Positions 17,156 through 25,639 of a stretch of DNA of 46,586 nt are shown piece by piece. The first letter of the stretch is position 1. The number at the start of each line of letters is the position of its first letter. Both the position numbers and the translations under genes were made by a program. The notes beneath the pieces are model-generated. The model ran no database searches. It worked only from the letters and a program-made list of their open reading frames with translations, and was not told the origin of the DNA. Source of the DNA: a virus; IMG/VR virus record IMGVR_UViG_3300018494_000026. The stretch is one strand, 5' to 3'.

Positions 17156-18573
17156 CGTACCGGGTGTATTGTGACAGCATGCTTCTGTATCACAGCAAAC
17201 TTGAAAACCTTGTGTTGTTCAATCCGTCTGTGGAATTGGAGGTCAACAAAACCGGGTCGTTCACATTCACAGTGCCTTCAAACCATCCGTATTATGGCCT
17301 GATTCACAAGATGAAAAGCATCATCACGGTATATCAGGACGATTACCTGCTGTTCCGTGGAAGGGTGCTTGACGATGAAATAGGCTGGCATAATGAGAAG
17401 GCTGTCACCTGTGAAGGGGAGATGGCCTTTTTGCTTGACAGTATCATGCGACCCTATGACTTTTCCGGCAGTATCCCGGAATACTTGGCTGTGCTGCTGG
17501 ACAGTCACAACAGTCAAGTGGATGCGGATAAGCGGTTTACGCTGGGCAAGGTGACGGTTGCAGACGCAAATGACTACATCGTGCGGTCAAACATCGACTA
17601 CACCGACACATGGACTGAAATGCAGGACAAGCTGGTCAAACTGCTTGGCGGGTATCTGCAAATCAGGCATGAAGGCGATGCGCATTACATTGACTATTTG
17701 CAAGACTTCACACTGCTTGCTCCGCAAAAAATCGAATTCGGCAAGAATCTGCTGGACTTGAAACGCATTCGGAAGGGCGCGGACATTGCAACAGCGGTCA
17801 TCCCACTGGGCGCGAAACTGAAGGATGCAGACGGTAAAGACACGGACGAACGCCTGACCATTGCAGAGGTCAATGCTGGGCTTGACTACATTGTGGATGA
17901 AGATGCGAAAGCACAATTCGGCCTGATTGTCAAGACGGTCATATTTGACGATGTGACCGATGCAAACAATCTGCTGACGAAAGGCAAAGCATACCTTGCA
18001 GGACTTGTCAAGTTGCCTGAAACCATTGAGTTGACGGCGGCTGATATGGCAACGCTGGGGCAGGACATTACGTCCTTTCACATTGGCACAAAGGTTCAAG
18101 TGAAAAGCAATCCCCACGGCATTGACCAACTTTTCACGGTCAGCAAGCTATCCATCAAATTGCTTGACCCGGCATCGAATCACTTGACGCTGGGCGGGGT
18201 GCTGGATACCTTCACGGCATCAACAAGCAAGATCACAGCCATCACCGGAAAGGATGGCAAGAACGGAGAGGATGCTGTCACCTTGCGGATTGATTCCAGC
18301 AGGGGGACTGTGTTCAAGAACAGCGAAGTTTCGACTGTTCTGAATGTTGTCATTTTCAAGGGAGGCAAAACGATCACGGATGCGGCCGCTATGAGGGCTG
18401 AGTTCGGGAGCAACGCCTATCTTGAATGGCAATGGCAGCGTATGGGGGAAGCGACCTTCGGGACGATATTGACAACGGACAGCAGAATATCGAACGAAGG
18501 ATTTGCTTTGTCGCTGGCACCGAGCGACGTAGACACAAAGGTTGTTTTCAAATGCCAACTTGTCTCGGAATGA
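17152..18573 (+). CDS. Tail-associated (Tal-like) minor structural protein, copy 2 (473 aa)
   Basis: Track ORF 17134..18573. ATG 17152 overlaps the Dit2 stop (ATGA) and lies 7 nt after GGAGG. It is paralogous to 15093..16514 (EVNKTGSFTFTV, FRGRVLDDE, CEGEMAFLLDSIMRPY). Confidence 0.75.
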   Translation: MTYRVYCDSMLLYHSKLENLVLFNPSVELEVNKTGSFTFTVPSNHPYYGLIHKMKSIITVYQDDYLLFRGRVLDDEIGWHNEKAVTCEGEMAFLLDSIMRPYDFSGSIPEYLAVLLDSHNSQVDADKRFTLGKVTVADANDYIVRSNIDYTDTWTEMQDKLVKLLGGYLQIRHEGDAHYIDYLQDFTLLAPQKIEFGKNLLDLKRIRKGADIATAVIPLGAKLKDADGKDTDERLTIAEVNAGLDYIVDEDAKAQFGLIVKTVIFDDVTDANNLLTKGKAYLAGLVKLPETIELTAADMATLGQDITSFHIGTKVQVKSNPHGIDQLFTVSKLSIKLLDPASNHLTLGGVLDTFTASTSKITAITGKDGKNGEDAVTLRIDSSRGTVFKNSEVSTVLNVVIFKGGKTITDAAAMRAEFGSNAYLEWQWQRMGEATFGTILTTDSRISNEGFALSLAPSDVDTKVVFKCQLVSE

Positions 18574-18595
18574 TAATGAAGAAAGGAGAGTTTCT

Positions 18596-19240
18596 ATGGC
18601 TATCAAGTCGGTTGACCAGATTTCTATCGTTGACGTAACGGATGCTTATTCCGTTATCCTGACCTCCGAAACCCATGCCTTCCCTGGTACGACCAATGCT
18701 GCCAAAGCTGGTGCGACCACGACTCAGATCATTGCCATGCAGGGTTCTTCACAGATCCCTTGCAGTGTGACGGTATCGGAAATCACGAAGCCTGCGGGTG
18801 TCACGGTTTCCTCTGACAGCAACACCACGTCCCCGACTCTCACTATTTCTGTCACTACATCCGTGACGAGTGGCGGTGTCATCAAGATTCCCGTCCATAT
18901 TGGGGACATCACTATCACGAAGGAATTCACATTCACGATTGCCTTCATGGGTGCGACTGGCGCAACTGGTGCAACGGGCAATCCCGGTGCGGATGCAATC
19001 ACGCTGACAATCACGTCCAGCAACGGCACGATTTTCAAGAACTCCGCCATTGAAACGGTGTTGACTGCCCATGTATACCGGGCTGGTGCAGAATTGACTG
19101 CGGCTCAGGTTACGGCTCTTGGCACAATCAAGTGGTACAAGGATGGTGGAGAAACGGCTGTCGGTACTGGTGCAACCCTTACTATTGATGCAGGAGATGT
19201 GAGCCACAGGGCAAGCTACGTTGCACAGTTGGAGGGATGA
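18596..19240 (+). CDS. Tail fibre protein with a short collagen-like motif
   Basis: Frame of track ORF 18542..19240. ATG 18596 follows AAAGGAGAG. It contains GATGATGATGNPGADA (G-X-Y x5), and its C-terminal domain (ITLTITSSNGTIFKNSAIETVL) repeats the C-terminus of Tal2 (VTLRIDSSRGTVFKNSEVSTVL). Confidence 0.7.
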   Translation: MAIKSVDQISIVDVTDAYSVILTSETHAFPGTTNAAKAGATTTQIIAMQGSSQIPCSVTVSEITKPAGVTVSSDSNTTSPTLTISVTTSVTSGGVIKIPVHIGDITITKEFTFTIAFMGATGATGATGNPGADAITLTITSSNGTIFKNSAIETVLTAHVYRAGAELTAAQVTALGTIKWYKDGGETAVGTGATLTIDAGDVSHRASYVAQLEG

Positions 19241-19243
19241 CAC

Positions 19244-20143
19244 ATGGCTGTTAAGGCAGCGGGGCAGATTACGCTATCAAGCGTTGTCGATGTGGCAGCA
19301 ACATATCGGTATTATCTGCTCCAATCTTCCACGGCGGCAATCCCTTCAAAGCCCACCACGTTTCCTCCTGCTAACACCTGGGACGATACAGAACCGGGAT
19401 ACACGGACGGCAGCACCACAAGCCTGTACACGGTAGACTGCACGGTCTTCAGTGACGGGACGTTCGTGTACTCACCTGTATCCCTGTCCAGCAGTTATGA
19501 GGCGGCAAAAGCGGCCTATAACAAGGCCACAAACGCCCTTCTGCACACGGTTGTACAGAGCGCAACAGCCCCGTCAGCAACAACCTATATGTGGCTGGAC
19601 ATCAGCGCAGAACCGCCTGTATTGAAGCGGTATGAGGCTGAAACGGCAACATGGGTGACGGTGAATGATGCAACCGAGATCGTGTACAACCTGGAACAAA
19701 ACATTGAATCGTCCCTTACAAAAAGCGCGGAGGACATCACGGCGAAGGTTGCGGAAAGCTACACGCTGAAAGAAGATGCGGAAGCCCTTGTGTCGGAAGT
19801 CAGCACACAACTGAGCCTGACAAAGGGCAGCTTCGACATCCAGTTTGAGCAGTTCAGCGCAGACATTGCGGCTGTTGCGGCTGGAACGGATGCGGAGTTT
19901 GAGGAAATCCGCAAGTACATCCGCTTTGTGGATGGGATGATCCTGCTGGGAGAAGTGGGGAATGAGTTGGAACTGCAAATCTCAAATAACCGCATTTCCT
20001 TCATGCAGGATGGCGCGGAGGTTGCCTATTTTAGTGACAGAAAGCTGCATGTCACCGATGCATCTTTCCTGCACAGTTTGCAGATAGGTAATTTCGCATA
20101 TATGCACCGAACGAACGGGAATCTCAGTTTCAAACACCTATAA
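19244..20143 (+). CDS. Tail fibre / host-specificity structural protein
   Basis: The N-terminus (MAVKAAGQITLSSVVDVAATYRYYLLQSS...PP.NTWDDTEP) is typical of Firmicutes prophage fibre proteins, with a coiled-coil middle region. Confidence 0.65.
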   Translation: MAVKAAGQITLSSVVDVAATYRYYLLQSSTAAIPSKPTTFPPANTWDDTEPGYTDGSTTSLYTVDCTVFSDGTFVYSPVSLSSSYEAAKAAYNKATNALLHTVVQSATAPSATTYMWLDISAEPPVLKRYEAETATWVTVNDATEIVYNLEQNIESSLTKSAEDITAKVAESYTLKEDAEALVSEVSTQLSLTKGSFDIQFEQFSADIAAVAAGTDAEFEEIRKYIRFVDGMILLGEVGNELELQISNNRISFMQDGAEVAYFSDRKLHVTDASFLHSLQIGNFAYMHRTNGNLSFKHL

Positions 20144-20183
20144 GGAATGATAGGCACTCTGACCCTTGAAAGGGGGTCAGTAC
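20144..20183 (+). promoter_or_regulatory. Intergenic cassette copy: GGAATGATAGG + CACTCTGACCC + SD-sequestering hairpin
   Basis: ggaatgatagg is at 20144-20154 and cactctgaccc at 20155-20165. The stem ctgaccc (20159-65) / gggtcag (20074+100, i.e. 20174-80) includes the GGGGG Shine-Dalgarno of ATG 20184. Confidence 0.6.
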
Positions 20184-22247
20184 ATGGCAGCATCAGGAAC
20201 GATACAGGAAGCAATTCGGACGGGCTATCGCTTGCAGATTGCATGGGCGGTAGACAGCCAGTCGGTGGCAAATAACACATCCACGGTAACGGCGAAGGTT
20301 CAGCTTGTGTCCACGGGGTCGAGCTACACCATCAACTCCAGCGCAAGCAAATCCGGCAGCCTGACCATCAATGGGACGAAATACAGTTTCACGTTTACAG
20401 CGGCATTGAGTGGTAGTCAGACGAAGGAAATCTTCAAAAAGACGGTCACGATTTCCCATGCTGCGGATGGCACGAAGACCTGTGCGTTCTCCGCAACGGC
20501 TGGCATCAATGTCACGCTATCCGGGACGTACTACGGCAATGTCACGGCCTCTGGCAACGGTGTATTCAACACCATTGCAAGGGCAAGCACCATTTCCAGT
20601 GTGACTTCCTCTGTGGCTGTCAATGGTACGAATACGGTCACGGTGAATATCACAAGGGCATCTTCCAGCTTCACGCACACGGTGGTTTTCTCGTTTGGTA
20701 CATACTCAAAGTCCACAACGGGAGTCGGTACGTCAACCAGCTACGCAATCCCGACCTCCTGGCTGAATGCAATCCCGTCAGCAACCAGCGGCACAGCGAA
20801 GGTTACTGTCACGACCTATTCCGGCTCAACGAAGATAGGTTCTGCGGTCAGCAAGAATTTCACTCTGACTGTGCCTTCAACCGTTGTTCCGTCCTTTTCC
20901 TCCGTTGCTGTGGCTGATACGACCACCTATCAGGCAACATTCGGGAACATGGTGCAGAACAAGTCAAAGGCGAAGTTCACCATCACGGCTGTTGGCAACC
21001 TGGGGTCTACCATCACGGCATACAAGACAGTCTTTGAGGGCAAGACCTACACAGGAGCAACACCTACCACTTCCACGATCACAAAGAGTGGTACGGCATC
21101 TGCTGTCATTACGATTACAGATAGTCGTGGCAGGACTGCGACATTCACAAAAACCTGGACGGTTGTTGCCTACTCCGCTCCGAAGATTGCCAATTTCACG
21201 GTTGCCCGTTGTTTGGCTGATGGAACGGAGAACTACGAAGGGACATTTGTCAAGGTTGCTTTCAACTACACGATTGCATCCGTCAACAGTAAGAATGCAA
21301 ACACCTACGTCATTGAATATAAGCCCCAAAGCGGCACGACATGGACGGCCTTGACAAATGGCACAGGATATGCAGTCAACACGTCCATCATCAGTACGAA
21401 TGGGGCTTTTGACGTGGACACAAGCTATGACTTGCGGCTATCCATCACGGACAGCTTCACCACGATTCGCGGCCAGACGGAGATTCCCACGGCCTTCACG
21501 TTGCTTGACTTCAATGCTTCCGGGCGTGGCGTAGCGTTCGGAAAGGTGTCTGAGTTGACAGAAGGCGTGGAATTTGCTTTGCCGACACAATTCAGCCATG
21601 CAGAAACGCCTTCTTCCCCGATATACCTTCAGAGCGGTCAGGACTTGAATGACCTTCTTGAGCCGGGCTATTATGCCATTCCAAATACGGCGGTCAGCAC
21701 CACTTTACTGAACAAACCTTGGTCAGCAAATGCAACTGGCGGTGTGTATGTGTTTGTCGAAGGTGACGGCATGGGCAAGGTTCAGATTGCTCACAGGCTG
21801 TCAAAGGATGACGGGGAAATCTACGAACGCAGCTATTATCAAAGCGCATGGGGCAACTGGTACAGGGTGCATGGTGGCAGAGGGAAAGTGCTTTGGTCTG
21901 GCGGGTATTACATGACGGCTACCCACACCATTGCCCTGTCTGAGAAGGTCAGTCAGCAGCCAAACGGGATCGTGCTTGTGTTCAGTCGCTATTCTGGTGG
22001 AGCAGCGCAGGATTATCATTGGAATGAGTTCTTTGTTTCCAAAGAGTGGGTCAGGCGGCATCCCGGCACAGGCCATTCGTTCATGATGACGAATGACGGC
22101 CTTTTCTCGCTCATGGCAACTAAATATCTGTACATTCACGATGATAAAATAGGCGGCAACGATGTGAACGGTCAATCCGGCACAGGAACAAGCGGGATTA
22201 TATACAACAATGCAGGGTTCGTCCTGCGATATGTCATCGGAGTATAA
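20184..22247 (+). CDS. Receptor-binding / host-specificity protein (DUF859-like N-terminal region, pyocin-knob-like C-terminus)
   Basis: Track ORF 20166 has a TTG start, so I prefer ATG 20184. The N-terminal pattern (SQSVANNTSTVTAKVQLVS...SGSLTINGTKYSF...ISHAADGTKTCAFSA...NTIARAS) resembles siphovirus DUF859. The C-terminus (GQDLNDLLEPGYYAIPN...LLNKPW...GGVYVFV...YERSYYQSAWGNWYRV) resembles a knob domain. Confidence 0.7.
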   Translation: MAASGTIQEAIRTGYRLQIAWAVDSQSVANNTSTVTAKVQLVSTGSSYTINSSASKSGSLTINGTKYSFTFTAALSGSQTKEIFKKTVTISHAADGTKTCAFSATAGINVTLSGTYYGNVTASGNGVFNTIARASTISSVTSSVAVNGTNTVTVNITRASSSFTHTVVFSFGTYSKSTTGVGTSTSYAIPTSWLNAIPSATSGTAKVTVTTYSGSTKIGSAVSKNFTLTVPSTVVPSFSSVAVADTTTYQATFGNMVQNKSKAKFTITAVGNLGSTITAYKTVFEGKTYTGATPTTSTITKSGTASAVITITDSRGRTATFTKTWTVVAYSAPKIANFTVARCLADGTENYEGTFVKVAFNYTIASVNSKNANTYVIEYKPQSGTTWTALTNGTGYAVNTSIISTNGAFDVDTSYDLRLSITDSFTTIRGQTEIPTAFTLLDFNASGRGVAFGKVSELTEGVEFALPTQFSHAETPSSPIYLQSGQDLNDLLEPGYYAIPNTAVSTTLLNKPWSANATGGVYVFVEGDGMGKVQIAHRLSKDDGEIYERSYYQSAWGNWYRVHGGRGKVLWSGGYYMTATHTIALSEKVSQQPNGIVLVFSRYSGGAAQDYHWNEFFVSKEWVRRHPGTGHSFMMTNDGLFSLMATKYLYIHDDKIGGNDVNGQSGTGTSGIIYNNAGFVLRYVIGV

Positions 22248-22272
22248 AACACGAAAAGAGGGCTTGATTCAT

Positions 22273-22581
22273 ATGCAGATCACTCTAACTTGGCAAACCA
22301 TCATCACGGCATCTACGGTCATTGGCGCGATTGTCGCGCTTGTTACATACTTCTCCAAAGTGGTTCGATGGGTTGACAAGCAAGGTAGACAGGACAAGGA
22401 TATTAAGGAAATCCGGCAGCACCACGAGGATGACATGGCAAGCATCAAGACGGAACAGAAGTTGCTTGTATATGGAGTTCTCGCCTGTTTGAAAGGTCTG
22501 AGTGAACAGGGGTGCAATGGCCCGGTAACGGAAGCCATTCACAAGATTGAGAAGTATCTGAATGAAGAAGCGCATAGCTAA
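22273..22581 (+). CDS. Small membrane-anchored protein (one N-terminal TM); possible second holin-like or accessory protein
   Basis: Frame of track ORF 22210..22581, starting at ATG 22273. TM segment is TIITASTVIGAIVALVTYF. It is the last rightward gene before the integrase and is followed by a terminator. Confidence 0.6.
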   Translation: MQITLTWQTIITASTVIGAIVALVTYFSKVVRWVDKQGRQDKDIKEIRQHHEDDMASIKTEQKLLVYGVLACLKGLSEQGCNGPVTEAIHKIEKYLNEEAHS

Positions 22582-22588
22582 TAGGAAA

Positions 22589-22619
22589 GCCGGGGGCATT
22601 ACGCCTCCGGCTCTTTTTT
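22589..22619 (+). terminator. Rho-independent terminator at the end of the late operon
   Basis: gccgggggc / gcctccggc forms a 9-bp stem (one G-U pair) with a 5-nt loop, followed by TCTTTTTT. Confidence 0.75.
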
Positions 22620-22634
22620 GTTGGTTTATTTATA

Positions 22635-22676
22635 TCCATCATTAATGAGCGGATGAATCGGCGCATACATGATGGA
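22635..22676. other. Candidate attP core (imperfect inverted repeat next to the integrase 3' end)
   Basis: TCCATCAT (22635-42) and ATGATGGA (22669-76) are perfect inverted repeats. The inner arms match at about 6 of 10 positions, for a total of about 42 bp. It lies between the late terminator and the integrase stop. No host sequence is available to test this. Confidence 0.3.
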
Positions 22677-22694
22677 AGTCAAAGGCCGAAAAAA

Positions 22695-24377
22695 TCAAAC
22701 CTTTAACTTCACATCAAGCTCGATGGGGGTTTGCGTCCAGTTGCCGCCTGTGTTCAATGGAGAGCGGTAGCGCGTCCTTTTCTGCACGGGATCATAATAC
22801 CGTTCTTGCTGGCTTTTTGTTCTGACTGACTTCTCACGGCTGTATGTCATGCGGTCAATGCATGCCTTTAGCAGCTTGTTTTTCTTTTCAACGGATGCGT
22901 CCGGGTCGGACAAGGCATCCAGGGCATCTTGGAAGCTGCGTTTCTTTTCCACATAGTCAACGGGTTCAGGCATGGATTCGTAAGCCTTGCAAAGAGCCTG
23001 TCTGACTTCTTCTTTTTCTTTCAAGAGTTTTGCGTTCAGGATTTGGAACACATGGTCAGGCATCCGCTTGGCTGGGTCAGGATCGGCTTGTGCTTCCCAT
23101 TGGGCAATTTCCTTTTCGTCCAGTTCTATGCGTTTGGCTTCAAGACGTTTGATCAGGTTGGCGTGCAGCTTGCGAGAATCCCCATCGTCATTCTGAATGC
23201 GGATTTCAAAGTCAGCGATGCATTGTCTCAACACGTCAGCGACTTTTTTCTCCATTTCCTCATACAGGCAGGAAGTGGTTTTGCAATAGTTCTGCCCATC
23301 ACACAGCAAACGTGGCGCGGAACGTTCTGCACCATTCTTCTTGTAGGTGCGGAGGGACATTGCTCTGCCACATTGACACCACAAAAGCCCTGCAAGCGGA
23401 TTGCGGATTTTTGTCTTTGCCTTTTTGCGCGGGTTGCGGCCTTTCTTTTCCTGCGCTGCCCGGAACAGTTCATCGGAGATAATCGCCTCATGTTTGCCGT
23501 CATAGACAAGGTATTCGCCTATCTTGGCCTTGGGTTGGGTCTTTCTGATTTCGCCATCCTCAACGATGGTAACGGTTTTGCGGTGATTCCATTTCACCTT
23601 GCCGATGTAATGTTCATTTTCAAGCATCTCTTTGATGGATGGCATAGACCACTTTTCGCCCTTGGGAGGCTTGATGCCAAGTTCATCAAGGCGGTATGCA
23701 ATGGTTGTGCAGCCGAGGTCTTGATTGACGTACATATCAAAGATCATGCGGACAACATCTGCCTCGTGTGGATTGATTTCAAGCGTTGGGCATTCCCGCT
23801 TGCCTTCCTTCACCTTGATTTTTTTGTATCCATACGGGGCAATAGAACCGATGTAGTTGCCCTGGCTGACAGACAGCAAACGTCCGTTGTTTTGAATCTT
23901 TTTGTAGTATTCCAGGTAGTCGTTACCCTTTTCCAATTCGCGCTTGAAATGCTCCCAGTCGCGTTCGTCTCGCATATCATAGATGCTTTCCCTGCCGTAC
24001 ACGTCCGGGATGATAACAAGGGTGTTGGTCAGTTTCAGCAGCTTCATCAAGCGGCCTATGTCCTCCATATCACCACGGGAAAGACGTTGAGGGTCTACGA
24101 CCTTCACGGCCTTGTACTTGGGTGATTCGACCATGCGGAGAAGGCGGTTGATTTCCGGGCGTTCTTTCAACGTTTCGCCGGAAACGACCTCGCGGAATTT
24201 GTTTTCCTCCGGGGATTTCCTGCCGAACATCTTAACTGTCCAGTTGTCGAGGATTTCTTCGTGCTTGGCAAGCACTTCCTCCACGGTGAGCAACGGGTCA
24301 TCCGACTGGGATTTTCGTAAATAGTCCAATATGTTTTCGGGCGTTAACCCTAACTCTGATAAACTGTGATAATACAT
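22695..24377 (-). CDS. int: Large serine recombinase (integrase)
   Basis: 560 aa. It has an N-terminal resolvase-type catalytic motif (LDYLRKSQSDD), a recombinase domain, a zinc-ribbon region (LLWCQCGRAM...LLCDGQNYCKTTSC) and a C-terminal coiled coil. Confidence 0.9.
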   Translation of the reverse strand: MYYHSLSELGLTPENILDYLRKSQSDDPLLTVEEVLAKHEEILDNWTVKMFGRKSPEENKFREVVSGETLKERPEINRLLRMVESPKYKAVKVVDPQRLSRGDMEDIGRLMKLLKLTNTLVIIPDVYGRESIYDMRDERDWEHFKRELEKGNDYLEYYKKIQNNGRLLSVSQGNYIGSIAPYGYKKIKVKEGKRECPTLEINPHEADVVRMIFDMYVNQDLGCTTIAYRLDELGIKPPKGEKWSMPSIKEMLENEHYIGKVKWNHRKTVTIVEDGEIRKTQPKAKIGEYLVYDGKHEAIISDELFRAAQEKKGRNPRKKAKTKIRNPLAGLLWCQCGRAMSLRTYKKNGAERSAPRLLCDGQNYCKTTSCLYEEMEKKVADVLRQCIADFEIRIQNDDGDSRKLHANLIKRLEAKRIELDEKEIAQWEAQADPDPAKRMPDHVFQILNAKLLKEKEEVRQALCKAYESMPEPVDYVEKKRSFQDALDALSDPDASVEKKNKLLKACIDRMTYSREKSVRTKSQQERYYDPVQKRTRYRSPLNTGGNWTQTPIELDVKLKV

Positions 24378-24394
24378 CTAAATTCCCCTTTTCA

Positions 24395-24886
24395 TTATGT
24401 GTTTTCCTGCTGGCGGAGGCATTGCTCCCGCAGAAAGGCGTTGTTGGCCTTCAACAGGTCAATCTGTTCTATATATTCGTTTCTGATCGTCTGCATGTCG
24501 TTGCGATGCAGTTCGGCAAGGGTCTGGAACTTCGCAAGCAGCGCGTTCCTTTCCTCAATCAATTCCTGGCGTTGCTTTTCCAGTTCCTCAATGTGGGCAA
24601 ATTCAGCATCCAACTTTTTCTGGCAAGGAAACTCGGCAGTGTGGCCTCCCATCAGCGCATGAAGGACACTGCGTATGGTGGAGTAACGAGGATCGTCTTC
24701 ACCTTTCCTGATTCGGTTGATTGTACCAACCGGGATACCGCTGTTGTCAGCCAACTCCTGATTCGTCCAGTCGAGAAGTGCCTGGCGTTTCTTCCACCAG
24801 TTCATAAGGTCAGGGAAGGACAGAGCCATCAGGTTCGGTACGCAGTCTTTTCCGAGACGTTCACAACCAATGCAACGATCAAACAT
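24395..24886 (-). CDS. HTH (XRE-like) protein with an N-terminal Cys cluster and a C-terminal coiled coil, co-oriented with the integrase
   Basis: CIGCERLGKDC is followed by an HTH (WTNQELADNSGIPVGTINRIRKGE) and a coiled coil (EELEKQRQELIEERNALLAKFQ). It lies 18 nt upstream of int. Confidence 0.75.
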   Translation of the reverse strand: MFDRCIGCERLGKDCVPNLMALSFPDLMNWWKKRQALLDWTNQELADNSGIPVGTINRIRKGEDDPRYSTIRSVLHALMGGHTAEFPCQKKLDAEFAHIEELEKQRQELIEERNALLAKFQTLAELHRNDMQTIRNEYIEQIDLLKANNAFLREQCLRQQENT

Positions 24887-25005
24887 ATAAATTTCCTCTC
24901 ACTATTACTTATGTTATCTAAAAATGATTCTATTCTTGCTACAAATGAAAATTATTCGCATATCTGTTTATTGTGCTAAAGTGTTGACAGCGATATGATG
25001 AAGAC

Positions 25006-25031
25006 GGGTCAGAGATGACCTATCATTCCGG
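25006..25031 (-). promoter_or_regulatory. Intergenic cassette copy on the minus strand (CCGGAATGATAGG...CTCTGACCC)
   Basis: The reverse complement of 25006-25031 reads ccggaatgataggtcatctctgaccc. The 11-mer ggaatgatagg is exact. Confidence 0.55.
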
Positions 25032-25101
25032 GACGGCAGGGGCGGTCGGGTGGTGCTGCATCGCTCCTGCTATTCTTTCAAACTTGTGGTAACACTTACC
25101 A

Positions 25102-25131
25102 TTGATTCTTGAAGCTGTCATACATTACAAT
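25102..25131 (+). promoter_or_regulatory. Candidate rightward promoter facing the 3' end of the repressor gene
   Basis: TTGATT (25102-07), an 18-nt spacer, then TACAAT (25126-31). Confidence 0.4.
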
Positions 25132-25188
25132 ATTTTCAGGCAATTGGAACATATGTTTGCCACAAAGATTGAAGGGAGTACGCAAGAC

Positions 25189-25344
25189 ATGACTAACGTT
25201 GACAAACTGATTACTTACATTCTCACTCTGACCCCTGAACAGGCCGACAAGGTTATTCGTCAGCTTCCACTATTGACTGAATTACTCGCAGAATCATTGC
25301 AGCCTTGTCTTCAGGAACAGTCTTTGCGAACTCAATCAGCTTAA
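25189..25344 (+). CDS. Possible 51-aa ORF on a transcript antisense to the repressor 3' end
   Basis: ATG 25189 lies 9 nt after GAAGGGAG. The last 30 codons or so are antisense to the repressor C-terminus, so coding status is uncertain. The unit has a promoter and an intrinsic terminator. Confidence 0.3.
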   Translation: MTNVDKLITYILTLTPEQADKVIRQLPLLTELLAESLQPCLQEQSLRTQSA

Positions 25345-25612
25345 TTTGACTCTCAGTCAGCCCGCCGTCAATGGCGGGTTTTTTTGTTGCCTCCACATCA
25401 AACCCCATGAGCCACTCAACAGATACATTGAAGTATTGGGCGATCATGATGATGGTTGGTTGCTTAGGAGATCGTACCCCAGTACGCCATGCACTTAGCG
25501 TTTGCTTTGAAACGTGTAACTCCTTTGCGAGTTCTGTATCGTTGCGGCGGCTTTTGTTGCACAGTGCGTTGAAACGTTCGTTGAAAGAAGATACCATTGC
25601 GCTGTCCTCCAC
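25253..25612 (-). CDS. CI-like repressor (XRE-family HTH)
   Basis: HTH is DTELAKELHVSKQTLSAWRTGVRSPKQPTIIMIAQYFNVSVEWLMG. The C-terminal helix pattern (LTESQIKLIEFAKTVPEDKAAMILRVI) is common in Firmicutes phage repressors. The start is GTG 25612 (9 nt after GGAGGTG) or ATG 25597. It is divergent from the cro-like gene. Confidence 0.85.
   Translation of the reverse strand: MEDSAMVSSFNERFNALCNKSRRNDTELAKELHVSKQTLSAWRTGVRSPKQPTIIMIAQYFNVSVEWLMGFDVEATKKPAIDGGLTESQIKLIEFAKTVPEDKAAMILRVIQSIVEADE
25361..25385 (+). terminator. Intrinsic terminator (+ orientation) embedded in the repressor coding sequence
   Basis: cccgcc / ggcggg forms a perfect 6-bp GC stem with a 6-nt loop, followed by seven T. 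It lies 17 nt after the stop of the + ORF at 25344. On the minus strand it has no U-tract. Confidence 0.6.
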
Positions 25613-25639
25613 GTCTTTTCACCTCCTATCTATGGCTAA

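Noticed and set aside
20144-20165. GGAATGATAGG...CTCTGACCC considered as an ECF-sigma-type promoter (GGAAT as -35, TCTGA as -10)
   Set aside because: The spacing between the two blocks varies from 9 to 13 nt among copies, and some copies lack the second block. This is incompatible with a fixed -35/-10 geometry.
18596-22247. Diversity-generating retroelement targeting the fibre or receptor-binding genes
   Set aside because: No reverse transcriptase ORF is present anywhere in the window, and I saw no template/variable repeat pair near the C-terminal ends of the fibre genes.
24887-25252. tRNA or other structured RNA gene in the int-proximal spacer (GC-rich segment 25036-25072), and likewise in 42504-42859
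   Set aside because: No cloverleaf with a T-loop (GTTCRA) or anticodon arm could be drawn. The GC-rich stretch forms only short stems, so I make no RNA gene call.
25102-25344. Full 80-aa TTG-start ORF from the track
   Set aside because: Its TTG coincides with the -35 hexamer of a candidate promoter and has no RBS. Only the shorter ATG 25189 version is kept, at low confidence, because its 3' part is antisense to a convincing repressor C-terminus.
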